Of a stretch of DNA of 64,000 bases, positions 63,315-64,000 are shown piece by piece. Below the pieces are notes generated by a model that saw nothing but the letters and a program-made list of their open reading frames with translations, was not told the DNA's origin and did no database searches. Both the position numbers and the translations under genes were made by a program. The stretch lies in assembly GCF_033153115.1 (NCBI RefSeq), contig NW_026889778.1, forward strand, positions 2,728,001 to 2,792,000, given 5' to 3'. This DNA comes from Saccostrea echinata (lineage: Eukaryota). Position 1 is the stretch's first letter. Each line of letters begins with the position of its first letter.

Positions 63315-64000
63315 TAAAGTCAACACCTTTTCTTAACTAACACCTGTGGCACCACCTGTGACAAAAATTATTTTTAGAGAAATCGTCAAAGTAAATTAGA
63401 TACAATCAATATTCTTCTATCTCTGGGTAACACATTGCGAGTATATAGGAAATGATTTCTTTAAATAATTAATTGAAAAAGATGAATCTTATGAAAAAAG
63501 AAATGAAACCGATGTTAAAGAGTAGAATTTCCCCCATAGCCACCTTTCCCGTAGAGAAGGAACCCCCCCCCCCCCGGAAAAATCACACACTAGAGCTTAA
63601 TTTCCCTTCTCTCTTTCCCAGAGTATGATTTACTCTTTCTTTAAATAGAATTTACAGGGGTCCGTGTTATATACCCTGTTCACAGATTTGTATTGGTTGT
63701 GGGTTTTTGAGATCGATCACTGTTCGTTATCGACACCTTTTTCGTATATATATGTATATAAACCGCAGCGAAATATTTTACATGGCTAAAAGTTAATTGA
63801 AATAAAAGCACTGCTATTATAAATGGAAAATAAAATGTTCAATTGAAAATACGAAGTCAGAAGTGAAGACTGAGATAACCTCGATTATTTCATTTTTTTT
63901 TTTTTTTTTTTTGAATTATTCTAGCTGCAAATAAGATACGAAAGAGCTTAAAATTTGCTGTTCATTGGTGCATAATATGAATATCTCAATGAACATGTCG

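Overview
AT-rich eukaryotic (intron-containing) DNA. The repeat content (HINE/Helentron-type elements with ~166-bp internal satellite units, tRNA-derived SINEs, many MITEs) points to a bivalve, probably an oyster. I reconstructed nine genes by hand from GT-AG boundaries and reading-frame phase: a TIR-less Toll-like LRR membrane protein, an acidic protein ending in a CCaaX lipidation motif, a CARD-only gene and a death-domain-only gene lying tail-to-tail (both resembling the halves of RAIDD/CRADD), POGLUT1/Rumi, WASHC1, two tandem universal-stress-protein (USP) paralogues and a myristoylated neuronal calcium sensor. There are two assembly gaps. Main observations: (1) the RAIDD-like CARD-only/DD-only convergent pair near a signalling-domain-less TLR; (2) tandem duplications anchored on exon boundaries in four different genes, including the same exon of both USP paralogues; (3) miniature LTR elements whose LTRs carry a tRNA-like Pol III promoter; (4) multi-level transposon nesting. 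All family assignments come from recalled motif similarity, not from database searches.
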